Counted from the stretch's first letter, positions 45,501 to 58,447 are shown. The stretch is 64,000 bases of DNA from Leidyana gryllorum EB-2025a (GCA_048772705.1 JBLWGC010000230.1:124001-188000); one strand, 5' to 3'. Translations and numbers: made by a program. The notes: a model not told the origin generated them from the letters alone.

Positions 45501-48500
45501 ATGCAGGCCTTCCACCAGAAGGCCATGTTCATGTCCATGATCGAGGACGCGCACCTGCCGCGCACTTTGGGTATCGTGCTGGCCTCCACCCGAGACCCTT
45601 CTACCGCTGTGGAATGTGTGATAGCGTTCGGTGATCTGATCCGAATCGGCGCATTCTACGGCACATGGGACGTCCTCACCGACATAGCGGCTCTCCTCCT
45701 CAACTTTGTGCAGCCGGTGTGTTCCTTCAAGTAGGTCCCCCCTCCTCTTTCCACGACCTCAAACTCGTCGTCTCAGGACACAGCTTGCGGTGCCGGTTTT
45801 GGTCCATCTGATCTCTCTCGTCTCCACTCACTTTGACCTGCGGGGTTGGATGGTGTATCTCGAATTCATGTCGCGTTTGGCCCTCGTTCGCCTGTTGCCC
45901 TCGGCACTGACCGAGTTTGAGAGCTTCAATGTCACAGCAGCCCAACAGGCCGCGGTGGCGAGAGTTTATGGCAAGCCGCGAGTGCTCAAAGTCCCCGGCC
46001 ACCCGGAACACTTGAACAAACTTCAGGGTTTGCCGAGTGAGTGAATCCAGTCAGCGCTCACTCTCCCCCTCATGACGCTTCTCCGCCATCAGGTTCAGGG
46101 TGGCTCAATGAACTCGCTGCCATCTTCTTCTCTGACTCAAACGCGGACGGTTCGGCTGAAGCTGCAGTGAGCGACGACTCTGACGCCGCCTCAAACTTCC
46201 ACCTCCAAATCATCGGTCCGGACAAGAAGACGGAGTCCATACATCAGAAGGCCTTAGAAACCGCGTTGACGTTCTGGAAGGAATGCATCTTCTTCCCTCA
46301 GCCATTGGCTCCTGAGAAGGTTCCGCCAATGCAGGGCACCTATTGGGCGCCGCCCTCTGTACTGGACGCCTTCCAAACCATCTTCGCCGAGAGATGTCCC
46401 ATGGACGATCTTCTGCTCGGGTAAGGAACCGCGCACTTTAGTGGTCTCTCAACTTGATGTGATATTCCAATCTGCAGTCGGCTGAAAAGTATATCGGACG
46501 ACTCGCTCGAGAGTTTGGTGGCTGCTCTGATTATCAGACTGCGACGAGAAGTGCCGCCGCCACCGGCCCCCCCGGCGAAGCACTCGACGTCGGCGAAAGA
46601 AATCGCTTCGACCGCCAGAGACGGGGACAAGAAGGCCCTCGACACCGCTCCTGCCGAGTTGGGCCACAGTCGAAGCGGCTCTTTGGAGCTAAGCCCCTCT
46701 CCGATAGGGGGCAGTGAAGCCCGAATGGACACAACCAGTGGCGACGTCGCGTCGCTTTCTCCTGACAAGAGTGAGCGGGAAGCGGATCCAGCGTTAGTGA
46801 AAGTGCTCGAGGACTTTTTGCAACCTGACAGCAACAAGTTTGCGCTGGAGGAGCAATGGATCAAATACACTTTCCAGCGTGATGAGGCTCCGCTGCTACG
46901 GATCAATCAAACTGCGGCTAAACAGTATGTCTCTGATTACGATACAGCAGCCGGTCTGTCGTCCCTGACACAGATCGTGTTGATTCTGGACAAACGGCGG
47001 ATCGAAGACACGAGTACCGAATATGATTTCTGGAGAGTCTGGAAACAAGTTATGCGGCTTCTCATCAGCCTTCTGGAAAGAGTGTCGTTTCCTTTGGATA
47101 GTGGAAGCTTCGGAGTGACACCCAAACCGCTAGAAGACATTCTGTGGGACAATTCTGACATTGTGACGGAACAGCAGACTGCCGACAGAGAGGAACAGAA
47201 AATTGATCGAATGGCTTTGGCTGTTGATGAATTGTTGGCCATCAACGACGACCGTCTCTTCGACTCGTATTTCGTGGAGAGGTTGGTGGTTATGGCCCTT
47301 CGGCTCTGTATCTCGCTCGGCCATCACCCAGACGCCCTCATCTTGGCGCCGTTGGCCAGAGTCTTCGACTGCATCTGTCGGTTGGAGGAGCTGCATCTGT
47401 ATCAATTGTTCGCCCAAATCAGCAGTGGAGTCCAAATCCTGTTGAACGCCGCTGTGTATGGGAGTGGGCTCCATCGATTAGATGCTGACGCAATGTACGA
47501 GTCATCGGTCCAATTGCCAATCCCGCCCTTCTTCCTGTCGCTGTTCGACTTGCTCTATCGCGTCAGTCCCTGCCACAGTCTGATGGGCAAAGCCGCGCCG
47601 GGACCCGAGATAAGCCAATTGCAGGCGATCATTTCGGGCGCAGTGGTAGAGATCATATGCACTTTGGCATCTTCAAGTGACTTTCACGCGATCATCAGAC
47701 GGGTTGTCAGGAGAGGACGAGAGACGTCGAGTTTCTGTGTGCCCTACTTCACCAGATTCCTGATCCAAATCTTTGTGCTCCATATGCTTCCCTATGATCT
47801 GATCAGCACAACGCCGATAATGTTCGATTTGGAGGAGACTCAGAACTCCAATGAGACGCCCGGTATGAGGACGAAAATGATCGAGCTTTTGCCCAAACTG
47901 TATGCCGGGGTGACGAATCCGGAACTTCACGGACCAAATGAGGAAATAATCCCTCCGCCACACGGCGAAGCTCACACCCCATCGACCAATGATGCAGACT
48001 CACTCGCCGGAGATGAACACGAAGACTATTGGGAATTATGGTGTCCGATCGCACAGGCATTGGCCCTCGCGACCGCTTTCGGGACGCGACTGCAGAGACG
48101 TCCAGCCATGATGGTGAGCGGACTGGGTAGTCCAGCCGTAACTCTCCCGTTGCAGCATTTGCAGCACCATTTGAGTGTCATGCCGGCCTCAGCCGAGGAT
48201 CGATCCGTGACAGTTCACCGCTGGATGCAAACTATAGAGCTGATTTTGTTCCCACTAATGTCGCATAATTTCCTCTACCCCTTCCCGAGCGTTGTACGGC
48301 TCGCGCGACCACCCCACGTAGCTGTTTTCGGCAACGGCCTTCTGGAGTGCTTCCCCGATCTGGAGCTCTTGTCGGTGCGAATCCCTGGCCAGGACACCAC
48401 CAAGCGGCTCATTGACCCCGCCCACTCCCCATTCGGGGCGCTGAGTGCTCAAGCCTTGGTACAAAGAAAGGCTCAATCAGTCGGTTTTGTGTGCAGAGCG

Positions 48501-49046
48501 CTATTGGGTAAGCTGGATATGCTGTTCGAGCCGAGCGCGTGGAAGTTGGGCGAAGAAGCAGAGACGCAAACGCCGCCTTTAATCCTTTTCCCGGTGGTGC
48601 TGAGAGTTCTGAGAATCTTCCTGCATGAAATGCACGGGGCGCCTCCAGCATTGTTCGATGCGATTGTGGAGGCGACAAAGAACTTTTTGCTCGTCTTGGG
48701 TACAGCTGCACAACTGCAGAATCTGACAGAAGAAGAGAGCAACGCCGTTATGACGGGGTTGCTACGCCAAGATCCAGTGACTTTGCTCCCGGTGGGATCC
48801 TCCCGGCCCGCAGTGGATGCGAACGACGAGGAAATGTCTCTCAAGACTCCACAGGACATTCTCGCAGCCTATGATCTGTTGGCTGCGCCCTACAGTTCAG
48901 CCCTTAATGAAGCACAAAGGCGTCTGTATTCTGTTGTCTACTACATGTTGCGCCTTGCAGGCCGGATTCCTGTTCTTACTTCTGTGTTTGAGGTCCTGCT
49001 GCCAAACAAACGGTCCTCGCCACCGCCATCGTCTAATGTTGTCTGA
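42600..49046 (+). CDS. GBF1: Large Sec7-domain ARF guanine-nucleotide exchange factor (GBF1/Gea type)
   Basis: DEVVLLKV, HLKVQLEMFF, LYENYDCD, FRLPGESQQIERILESFA, LAYSVILLNTDLHNPQVK, NNRGINDGADL; multiple short introns. Confidence 0.92.
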
Positions 49047-49054
49047 CATCTGTG

Positions 49055-50777
49055 CTACTTGGTGCGGCAACTCTGAAAGGTCTTTGGGGGCGCCACAGCA
49101 CGAAAATACTGGTTAAATCTTTGCTTCTGAATGTACAAGAACGGCCATTGTAGCACACTCAGGCCCTAAAATACTGGCTGTTTCGTTCCATCGCACTTCT
49201 CACCATCATGATTGAACACCACAATCGGTACTGCGTGGTACGATTAATGGGAATGTTCAGTAAATTAGTCAACGCCGACAGAAGCCCCACCACCCCAAGG
49301 ATCTTGCCGCGGTGATCGGGAGGAAAGGTCTCGCGAACAAAGGTGAACCGAATGGTATAGACATAGGCGTGTGCCATCGTGAAAATAGTCGTTGTGAGAT
49401 ACTGTAATCCTGTCAATGGTACCATAGACAGACCGTAAACTGTGAGGTCCTGTATTGGCGAGCGTCGGTGCGACTGCAGACATCGAACCACCAACTTACT
49501 ATTATAGTAAGGCCAAATGCGGCAGTCGCAGTCGAACAGTAGTCACAAAGCGCCCCGATTGACAGAGCCCAGAAGAACAGCGAGATCTGGAAGTACCCTT
49601 GGTAGTTTGAAATCGTGGTGCCAGCCATATCTCGTAGTACAGCGGGATAGAACGTGTGCTGCAAACATTGAAAAGAAGAAAAGTGGAGTCAGCAAGGCTT
49701 TGGCCGCCCTCCGTGTCTCACCTTGATCATGAAGACATTGTACACAATATCAAAGCAGATAAAGTCTTTGGTCCAAAGCGCCCGTGCAAACTGTTTGAGT
49801 CGACTGGCTAATGTTGGATTGGTCTCATCCGTCAGCGGGGCAGCGGCTTGGCCGTCTTCCCATTGGTCTGGCTCAGTAACGCCCGTCGGTGCATCTGCTA
49901 AGGTGGTGATTCGCGCTACCGATAAGTGCCTGCTGACTTGCTGCGCCTCTGCTCGGCCAGCTGAGGGCAGTTCAAGGACTGAGGAGTCGGCCTGCTGCTG
50001 ATCGGCAGCAGCAGCCAATGTGGCGGCATGTCGTTCGGCATTCGCGAGGCGGCGAGCTTTCTCCTCGCGCGCTTTCCGTTTGGCGAAGGAAGTCGGGGGG
50101 GTGAGAGGGATATAGAGACACGAAAGGGGTAGGACTATGCAGAGCAGATAGATTCGCCAAATGCCCGTAAATGTCCAGGTGGTCTGGTTATTTGACCAGC
50201 CAGCCAACATTATGGGAGTGATAATAGCGCCCAAAAACTCGCTGGTCAGCATATAGGCGGTTGCAGCTACTGGATGGTTGGGAAACATGTCTGCGAGCAC
50301 TAAGGCTGGAAAGGCCACCAAGTTACAGCTGAAGCCATCCAAAATGATAGACCACAGGAATCCGGATCTAAAGTTGTCTCCGGCAACTAACAACAAAGCC
50401 ATCGAAACGGCGGCCAAAATGCAGCCAAGAATGACGCAGATCCGGCGACCCCAATGATCGATTATGATGCCGGCAATCATTCCACTGAGGGCTTGCATTA
50501 TGGTTAAGAGTGTATACAGATCGCCCACGGCCTTCTCCTGAGCCAAGCATAAAGCTCCAGAGCCGAATTCACGTTGGGCGGTGTTGATATCCTGTTTATC
50601 ACATAGCCACTGGTAAGCTCCGCCTTCCATAAGGAGCAAAGAATACTGTTGCCAGCTGAAGCTGACACAAGCCATTGACATTACGCTAAGTCCATAGACA
50701 ACGACCGCAATCCAACGGAATCTGCGAAAGAGTGTACTCTCGTCCCCTCGCGACCATATGGCACCCAGGAGTTTCAT
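49055..50777 (-). CDS. MFS transporter, ApiAT/SLC43-like amino-acid transporter
   Basis: About 12 hydrophobic segments; GAYQWLC..LCLAQ loop, GIIIDHWGRR, FPPDHRGKILG; last exon GLSVLQWPFLY..RTK*. Confidence 0.8.
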
Positions 50778-50810
50778 CCAGCGGAGTGGAAACAAATTTT
50801 TTTGGTCAAA

Positions 50811-52127
50811 ATGGAGCCTGAAATGGGCCTGGCGACCGAGGTCTGCAGGAGGGAGTCTTCAGAGGAGAAACGAGCCGACGAGCTCCCACCTTCAATGCCG
50901 GAAATAGAGCCATTAGAATCAAACTGTGGCGAGGAGACGGTTTTGGAGGGCACCGAATTCGATGATGCCTTGAACGAAGCCTTGAAGGAAGTTGGTCTCG
51001 CCGAGGAGGAGAGCGGGAGTTCTTCGGGCAGTTCAGGCGAATGCGGAGGCGGAGACTGCACCATAACCAATGGTTGTCAAGAGGCTGAGAGTTTGAACTA
51101 TGATGATGACTTTGAGTTTCTGGTTTTGGCCTCGAAACAGCCAGATGGTTTGGAAAGTCGCCTCGTCAAAGAGGGCACCCAACGACGTGCGAAACGGAAT
51201 GTCGTATGGGCGCTGGAGGTTTTGGACAATGAAGACAAGTTGACCTTCCTGAGTCAGCAAATGAGGAGCCAACGTGCCATGTCTCGGATGGCAAAGTTGC
51301 AGAGAATACGCGAATACGCGGGCGTCTTGCCCTCCATTTTTGATCAAAATTCGCTAGCGATCAAGCGGAATGTTCTGGATGTAGAAGCACTGATTTCTCC
51401 GCATTATGGATGGCGCGCATGGCACCAGATTGGGTGTCTCAAAGAGATGACGCCCTCTGAGTGGACATGCCGACACCTAATTGGACTGGATCTGGATATG
51501 CCTGCCCTCTTGGCCAGAGACGACGACTTTGACCACATATGGGCCAGAACGGCTTACGTATTGTACTACTGTCCAGACGTCAAGTTGGACTCTAACTTCC
51601 TTTTCTCCGCTCAACCCGATCGAATGCATACACTCGATCTCATATTCGACCACATTCGATTACCCTCTGTGAGGGACGCCGAAGAAGACGGCTCCTCAGT
51701 ACGGGAAAATGGTGAGGACGAAGAAGATAGCTCGCTGGTACGGTATGACGGCGACTCTGATGAAGAAGAAGAAGAGCCGTCCGAGGACAACGACGCCGAT
51801 AGAGGAGACCACAGCAGAGTCCATGACCAGTCTTCGACGACATCCCCCCCCTCAGAGGCTAAAGAAGAAGAGGAGGCCCCTCCAGCGCCCCCAGTGCCTC
51901 TGCGCCAGGATACACGAAGAGATGCCGTCACTCTGAGCGAAGATCTATTGGATCATCTCCACGGGTGTACCACCGCCCCTACTGTAGAAGAACAATCTAC
52001 CACGGCTGAAGCCGAATTCACTCCAATAAAGTGGCTCGAGGCCCTGAGAGCCCTCAACCCGGATCACACCCTACTCCTATCATTGTTAGATAAGCTAGCC
52101 CCGAGCTTGTATGCTGTCTATAAATAA
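50811..52127 (+). CDS. Hypothetical acidic protein
   Basis: Long intact ORF, first ATG 50811. Confidence 0.7.
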   Translation: MEPEMGLATEVCRRESSEEKRADELPPSMPEIEPLESNCGEETVLEGTEFDDALNEALKEVGLAEEESGSSSGSSGECGGGDCTITNGCQEAESLNYDDDFEFLVLASKQPDGLESRLVKEGTQRRAKRNVVWALEVLDNEDKLTFLSQQMRSQRAMSRMAKLQRIREYAGVLPSIFDQNSLAIKRNVLDVEALISPHYGWRAWHQIGCLKEMTPSEWTCRHLIGLDLDMPALLARDDDFDHIWARTAYVLYYCPDVKLDSNFLFSAQPDRMHTLDLIFDHIRLPSVRDAEEDGSSVRENGEDEEDSSLVRYDGDSDEEEEEPSEDNDADRGDHSRVHDQSSTTSPPSEAKEEEEAPPAPPVPLRQDTRRDAVTLSEDLLDHLHGCTTAPTVEEQSTTAEAEFTPIKWLEALRALNPDHTLLLSLLDKLAPSLYAVYK

Positions 52128-52304
52128 CGTATATGACCACCATCACCAGCACCACCACACCACCAATATGTATTATCTACCATTTCACTTGTGTGGTCCC
52201 CCTTTCTTCACTCATATTGATTGATTGATTGTTGATACATCATCCTCTTTATCCTTCAACCTGTGCTGCCGCCGGCTGGGCGGGCCGGTGTCGACCACCA
52301 GCGC

Positions 52305-52703
52305 CTAGTCGCTCGTCGTTTGCCATATCCGCTCGTGCTCATCAAAGTTGATAAGATCCTCTTGAGCGTTGTGATTTCTCTCAATGCCATCCCTCAATGC
52401 TCGTGGACGCGCGTGCGGTACTTGGCTGGCGCCTGATATCGGTCGCTCGGCGAGCGCTGCACTCTGAGGCGCCGCCGGAAGACTGCTGGGAGCGGTAGTT
52501 GGCTGTTGATACCATGGGATGTCGACTGCATAGAAGTGTGTGTGACAATCACCGTCTGGCGAAACCGACTAACCATAAAAGGGCTGAGGAACATATCGGA
52601 ATATTTCCACCGGATATCGTACGTAAACGTATCCGGGAGATTCAGGAGGAGTGGCTAGAGTGCCTGTCCAGCTTGATATTGCTAATATGCTCAACAGCTT
52701 CAT
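52305..52703 (-). CDS. Small secreted protein, family member 4 (shares exon 1 type with members 1 and 3, unrelated C-terminus)
   Basis: MKLLSILAISSWTGTLATPPESPGYVYVRYPVEIFRYVPQPFY|VDIPW..RALRD..; phase-1 intron 52526-52573. Confidence 0.72.
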
Positions 52704-52815
52704 TTGTCGTTACTTTTCTGAGCACAACCCGCAGTTGTTCGCGCAACGGAAAATGTAATTTCACAGAAGCCATGTAACAATGGTTGTTGTTGCGATACAT
52801 AAGATGTAATGCGAT

Positions 52816-53237
52816 TTAGGCCACAAAGCTCGATCGACTTGATTGGTCATTATCGGCGCTGCCCAGCACTCCGTCCGCGACATTGGCTTTCCCCGCTATA
52901 GTAAGCATATCGAGCAGACCGCTGAGCATATTCCAGGCATTTGCTACGCTTGCGTCGTCGGTATTGTCATTCTGGACAGGCGAGAATGCCTGAACGCCTC
53001 TTCCCCCCATAACGGAGCTCGCCGCCGGTTGAGCGCCACCTGATCTCTGAGCCAGGGGCAGCGGGAAGGATACTGCGACCGTGAATATGCCCACTGCCTG
53101 CTGCGATCTTCTGACTCACCTGGCATCGCTACGGGAACATATTGGTTGATCACAACCTCGTAAGGTTCAAATATGTACTTGGGGCATCCACTTGCCGCTA
53201 AGGCTACTGGTAAAGCAAGGGAACCAAGGAGCTTCAT
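52816..53237 (-). CDS. Small secreted protein, family member 1
   Basis: MKLLGSLALPVALAASGCPKYIFEPYEVVINQYVPVAMP|VSFP; intron 53073-53119; C-terminus ANVADGVLGSADNDQSSRSSFVA*. Confidence 0.82.
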
Positions 53238-53685
53238 AGTGGAGGTGCTTAATCGCTTGTGGTCGGTATTTTCTGTGTGCCGGCCTGAGCGAACGGCCAC
53301 CCGCTTTTCCCGGTCCCATTGTCGGGCTGCACTTACAGCAGCATTGCCGGGATGCAGAGCTTATCCTCACAAACGACGCAATCCCCCCGTCTGCCAGCCT
53401 CCTTCCCTCCACATTCCGAGAATGACTGGGCTGATCTTTAGTCGCCATCACTGAAGATGATGGATGGTTGGGCTGTGTCTTACATAACAAAATACTTTGA
53501 GTGGTCGGGGTTGTGGTGGTGGTAACCGGTGGGACTCCTCTGGTCTTCTTTTCTCCAGAGTTCCAGCTGTGGTCTTGAACAGGTGGTTCCCATTGCAGGA
53601 GGAAGCCAGGCATAGCACAGTAAAAGGCGTGGCGGCAGTCAAGTGCTGCTGCTGAGTCACGCGACAACACACACACGTGTCTCCC

Positions 53686-54177
53686 TCATGCTGCGAAATT
53701 GGACCGGGATGACTGTTGATTGTCAGCACTGCCCAGCACCCCGTCAAGCACATTCGCATGGCCTCCCACCCCAAGAGCGTTCACCAACCCGCTCGCATAG
53801 CCTCCTGCATTTGCTACGCCGGCACCCCTGGTGTTGTCCTCCTGCAGGGGGAAGGCTTGTGCATCTCGGCGGAGCGGGCGTCCACCCGGGACGAAAAATT
53901 GGGGAGCAGCCGCCTGGGGCGCGAAACCTTGGCCAAAACCTTGTGAGCCGCGCAGCCATGGAGGTATGGCTTGACTTAGACGCCCAAAGGCACGGGTACC
54001 CAATGTGTTGTAGCCTGTTCAAGTCACGTGTGATGGATGTTCCAGCCTGTTCTCATTACCAGCGTAGGCGTTCCAGAGGGCTGGGGGAATTGGCCAGTTC
54101 TGAAGCATAGACGACGATTCAGGACCATAGCAGCTCGCAAGCGCGCATGGCAAGCCGATGATCGGGAGAAACCTCAT
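53686..54177 (-). CDS. Small secreted protein, family member 2
   Basis: MRFLPIIGLPCALASCYGP..WNAYA|GYNT; intron 54015-54059; C-terminus ANVLDGVLGSADNQQSSRSNFAA*. Confidence 0.82.
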
Positions 54178-54376
54178 TCTCGAAGAGTCAGAATGCGTCT
54201 TTTCTCGACCGCCGGTCGACAGTGCAGCAAATATCTCAAGTTTGTCCGTTGTCCCGAAGGCTCATATGGGAATTGGGATAAAATCTTACGCGATTTACTC
54301 GACTCGACAATCAAAGAGCTCGGAGGTTGTTCCATTATTACGATAATAAAGAGGGAGTACTCACAAAAGAAGGTGA

Positions 54377-54793
54377 TCAAGCAGCAAAGTTAGACCGGGT
54401 AGACTGATCATTGTCGGCGCTGCCCAGAACCCCATCTAGAACGTTTGCGCGGCCACTAAGCGAGAAAGCGTTGATCAAGCCAGAGAGTTGGTTGAAAGCA
54501 TTAGCAACCGCAGCTTCTTTAGTATTGTCGGTTTGAGTTGGACTCAAGCCCTCAAACGCTTGCTCCCCCCGCGCGGACGCGAATTCTTGTCCGGTTCTGC
54601 CTGCGAAAGTGCCCGACCACGGGAAGCTCACTGTAGAACAGTATGATGAGCCCCTCTACGAAAGATCAACCATACCTGGGAGTGTCCTAGGAACATATTG
54701 ATTCAGAGTGACCTCGTAGGGGACGAAGAGAATCTTCGGGCCATCGCAAGATGCCAGAACAGCTGGTATACCTAGTAGAGAAAGCAGCTTCAT
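54377..54793 (-). CDS. Small secreted protein, family member 3
   Basis: MKLLSLLGIPAVLASCDGPKILFVPYEVTLNQYVPRTLP|VSFPW; intron 54631-54675; C-terminus ANVLDGVLGSADNDQSTRSNFAA*. Confidence 0.82.
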
Positions 54794-55208
54794 AGTGTGC
54801 TGCAGGTTGCTCAGTTACTTTTCCCGGATCGACCGGCCCCGCGACACACGCTTTCAGAGGTGTCACAATCTTCCCTCCCGGGTCCCGCCTCTCAATCACA
54901 TGAGACCAACACTGTAATAAAATGCTTTCTGATTATCTGTGAGAGGCAGAGTGTTGTTACACATGGGCTGTTCGATCCAGTCAAAAGCTGTCATCAGCTC
55001 CCCCACATACGCACACCAACGAGAGGCTCAAACACATATCGGTCATCGCCCTTCCTGCGTCGATAGCCTCATAATTGAGGCTACGCCAGGGTGGTGTGCC
55101 CCCTTCGGGCCCCGTTCGGACCCCTTGTGTGATGCCGATTCATTCTATGCAAGCCGGCACCAGTTGCAGGGCATGGATTATCCATCCTCCCTTGTAAGCC
55201 CGAGTGTT

Positions 55209-58200
55209 TCAGCCGCCCCTGCGAACTTGCCCTCGTCCCCGTCCCCGTCCACGGCCCCGGCCTCCACGTTTGCCACCTCGCCCAATAGAGTCTTGGAGCG
55301 AGCGACGAATAGCTTCTTGTATCAATCTCTCTTCCTCCTCGGCCACACGGATGGCCGCCAAGGCAGCCTGGATCTCTTCCTCCTCCTGACTCGCCTGCGC
55401 AGGAGTTACCATGGGAGGCAGCCGAGTTGTGGGGCTTTTGGCCCAGGTAGCCTTGCCCCCTACTGTGTCCCCGTGAAGAAGGTTTCGGACGGTGGGGCTA
55501 CTCATCTCACCCACACGGATCACCTCCGCTTTGGGCTGCGGGAGACGGGAAGGACTGTTCTGGAGTGGTGGGGGCGACGGGCGGGCGGGTCCCACTCTGT
55601 GACCCATAACCGATCGAGATAACTCCGGGAAAGCCTCGTTTTTGGTTGATGTAGACTCTCTCCAATCGGAAGTAACCGACTGAGTGATCAGTCTGCCTGC
55701 GCTTCCAACTTTGGAGGTACTGTCTCTGCCTTGGTCGCGATGCACACGACGTCCAGCGAGATGCCACTCATCAGCTCCAACGTCTTCCTGGGATTCGATC
55801 TGGAAACCCGGAGGTGCCGACTCTTGTGGTGGTTGATCCGTTTTGGTCGAGTCTGTGGCGCAGGAGTCATGTTCAGCAGTGACGACCACCAATGCCACCC
55901 GGCCTTGAGATTTATTATTTCGCCGTTGCTCTTGTTGACCTTTGGGCATTGTTGGTGACTGTGGGAACTGCAAAACTTCCCCGTCTCCACTAGCGCCCTC
56001 CTCCAACTCGGGCGACTGGAGCTCTGACTTGTCCGCTTTGGGGCCTAAATCCCATCGCTCGAGCACCTCAGAAGGGTCGATAGGCCCGTAGAACGCCTCT
56101 GAGCCTTCAGAACAAGTCTCTGATGAGCGTATAGCGGGCTTGAGGAGGTCCAACTCAGCCACAGAGCAGTCGAGTTCGGCGTTGACGCGTAAGCAGAGCG
56201 GTATGCGCGCCCCCACCCGCAGGTAATCGATTAATTGAGCGTCGGGATCGCGTAAAGCGAGCAGAAGCAGCATTGCCACCGATCCAGCGCTGGCCCGCAG
56301 ACACTTTGTACGGGCCAGAGTCGGCAGTGGACCATCGGTTGTACTGAATTTGACAATACTTCGGCTCAAATTGCTCACCAAGTAGCTCAGACAGTAAAGG
56401 TGTAGGGCGTCTGCAGCTACCCCCAGAGCACTCAAATTGATCATCTCGGAAATGTTCCCAAAGTGCACCAGTCGCTTTGCGATTGTTAACTCTGTGAGAC
56501 GCTTCAACGATGGCAGTTGCGTCGCAAATACGTCACTCCATCGCTCGCTGGATGATTCTGCGTCCATAGCGCGTACAACCTCGAGTGCTTCCTCACTGTC
56601 GAGGTCCCACTCGTCTTCGTCTTGGAGCAGTCCGCTCTCTTGAGGGGCATCAAGAGGCCGCATTGGAGCCACGAGTGCCCACGGTTCCTTTTGGATCTTC
56701 CCGATTGCGCGAAAGAATTGCATCGCATTGGGTCTCCATTCCATAGTTCGAAGGTAGAGGCCCCGATTGGATGGCACCACAGCGTCCACAGTCGCCACTT
56801 GATTCAAAGGCCATATATGAACTTGTTTGGATCCCTTGATGCCTTGCCCAAAGCGGCCGCTGAATACGAGCGCCGAGTCAGTGGAGACAGGCAGAGGTCC
56901 CACAATCATCACTATGCCACTCTTATGCAGACAGAAGAGATACTCATCATTCGCACCAACCGTCAGCAGATCACGCAGCAACGGCACCTGGACAGCCATT
57001 GCAGGGCGTCGATCAGTGGGAGCCATCCACAATCTGCACAAACAACATCCAAGCCACGTCACACTTGCTTGCCTCACCTTCCGTCTGCGGACACCATACT
57101 TGCCCAACAAGATCGCCGGCCAGCTAGCGTGATACTGCACATTTTACGTAGTTTATTCACAATTGGACCCGTGGCTGAATGCCATTGTTCGGGCCGACTC
57201 TTGGATTTCGGTGTTTGACCTTCAAAGACGATCCGGCCTTTAGAAAGCCCAGCTCCGAAAACCAAGAGGTCTCCCCGAGCAGTGTACACCAGCGATGTGT
57301 TGTCGCGAGCTTCGACCATTGTGACATGGGCCTCGTCGTCGTCTATGTTCAGATTGATCTCGCGAGGTTCGGCTACCGAAGGAAACTGATCCCACTCCTG
57401 GCCAGCCTGGCCTTGATGATTTCGACCCCAGCCGAATAACGCCCCTACCAACAAGAATGGCGATCGAACATCCTTCTTGATCCACTTTTACCATCGCTGG
57501 TCCATAGTAAGGTATGGTCGGCGCCCGCTGCCACGCCGAGCACTCTCTTGCGTTCCTTGCTTCTCAAGCGGACCTCAACGGGAAATGGTATGTGGACGAT
57601 GGGCGGTCTGGTAGAGCACGGGACACCCAGTTGCCCGTAGTCGTTGGCCCCCCAAGCATATACCAGGCATGACTTGTCAGACGCATCCTGCGACCTGCAA
57701 CGCACCACCGCAACTGTGTGATTGTCGCCACACACGATCTGCCGATTTGAGGTAAGATAGTGCGTGTGGTTTGGATTGCGTGATGGGGTTACCTGACGGA
57801 TTTGCAGCGTGCCGTCAAAGAAAGGGAGCGGTAATGGATCGGTCTCAATGCGCGTGCGTCCATACACAGATATAGGTTTGTCCCGGTCTGCGAGCCCCAA
57901 CCGGCCACATTGACCGTCGTTTCCCCAGACATAGACTTTGTTGGTGGTGTCGCACATGACACCATGATTAGAGCCAATGGACACCGCGGCGATTTGAGCG
58001 TCGCCAGCTCGGAGTCGCCGGACCGGGAGCTCATTCCGCAAAAGGTCGAGTTCACCTTCGAGTATATCACCCCCGACTTTCAACCAAGTGGGCAAATCCG
58101 GAACCGCTCCGGTTGTCTTCCGTATTCTGAGCATCCATCTGTCCTGGATGGCGATGGCGGGCAGAAGGTCAAGACGGCGGTTGCATCCTTCGGCGAAGGT

Positions 58201-58447
58201 GAAGACATTGGCTCCGTGTCTCAGAAGGAGTAGAAGGGCCAAAGGATTGGAGTAGTCTATGGCAGCGTTGAGAAAAACGCTCAAGTTGGCGAGATCCTGG
58301 AGGTTGTGGTTGGATTTGTGTGAGAGGTCTGCTCACCTTTGCGTTCCTCTTGGAGCCAAGGGGGTGATAATCGCGCAAATGGGCTTTGAGAAGGGATGTG
58401 CGCCCATTCGAAACCTCTTGGAGTAATTCGTGGTGGTCTATTCCCAT
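55209..58447 (-). CDS. Ankyrin + RCC1-repeat protein with BTB-like region and C-terminal UIM/RGG (IBTK-like)
   Basis: AAIDYSNPLALLLLLRHGANV (ankyrin); VYVWGNDGQCGRLG, VYAWGANDYGQLG, VAAGADHTL, FGWGRNHQGQAG (RCC1); ERLIQEAIRRSLQD (UIM-like). Confidence 0.75.

Noticed and set aside
52135-52236. CAC-rich and ATTG microsatellite-like tracts
   Set aside because: Short low-complexity 3' UTR sequence with no further structure
53300-53680. Possible extra or degenerate secreted paralog between family members (LASSCNG, RRLAD)
   Set aside because: No consistent ATG, signal peptide and splice model; the candidate ORF runs into the next gene
52713-54827. CTTTTCY(C)G word upstream of the four family genes
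   Set aside because: Short and degenerate, and could simply be inherited through duplication; not supportable without statistics
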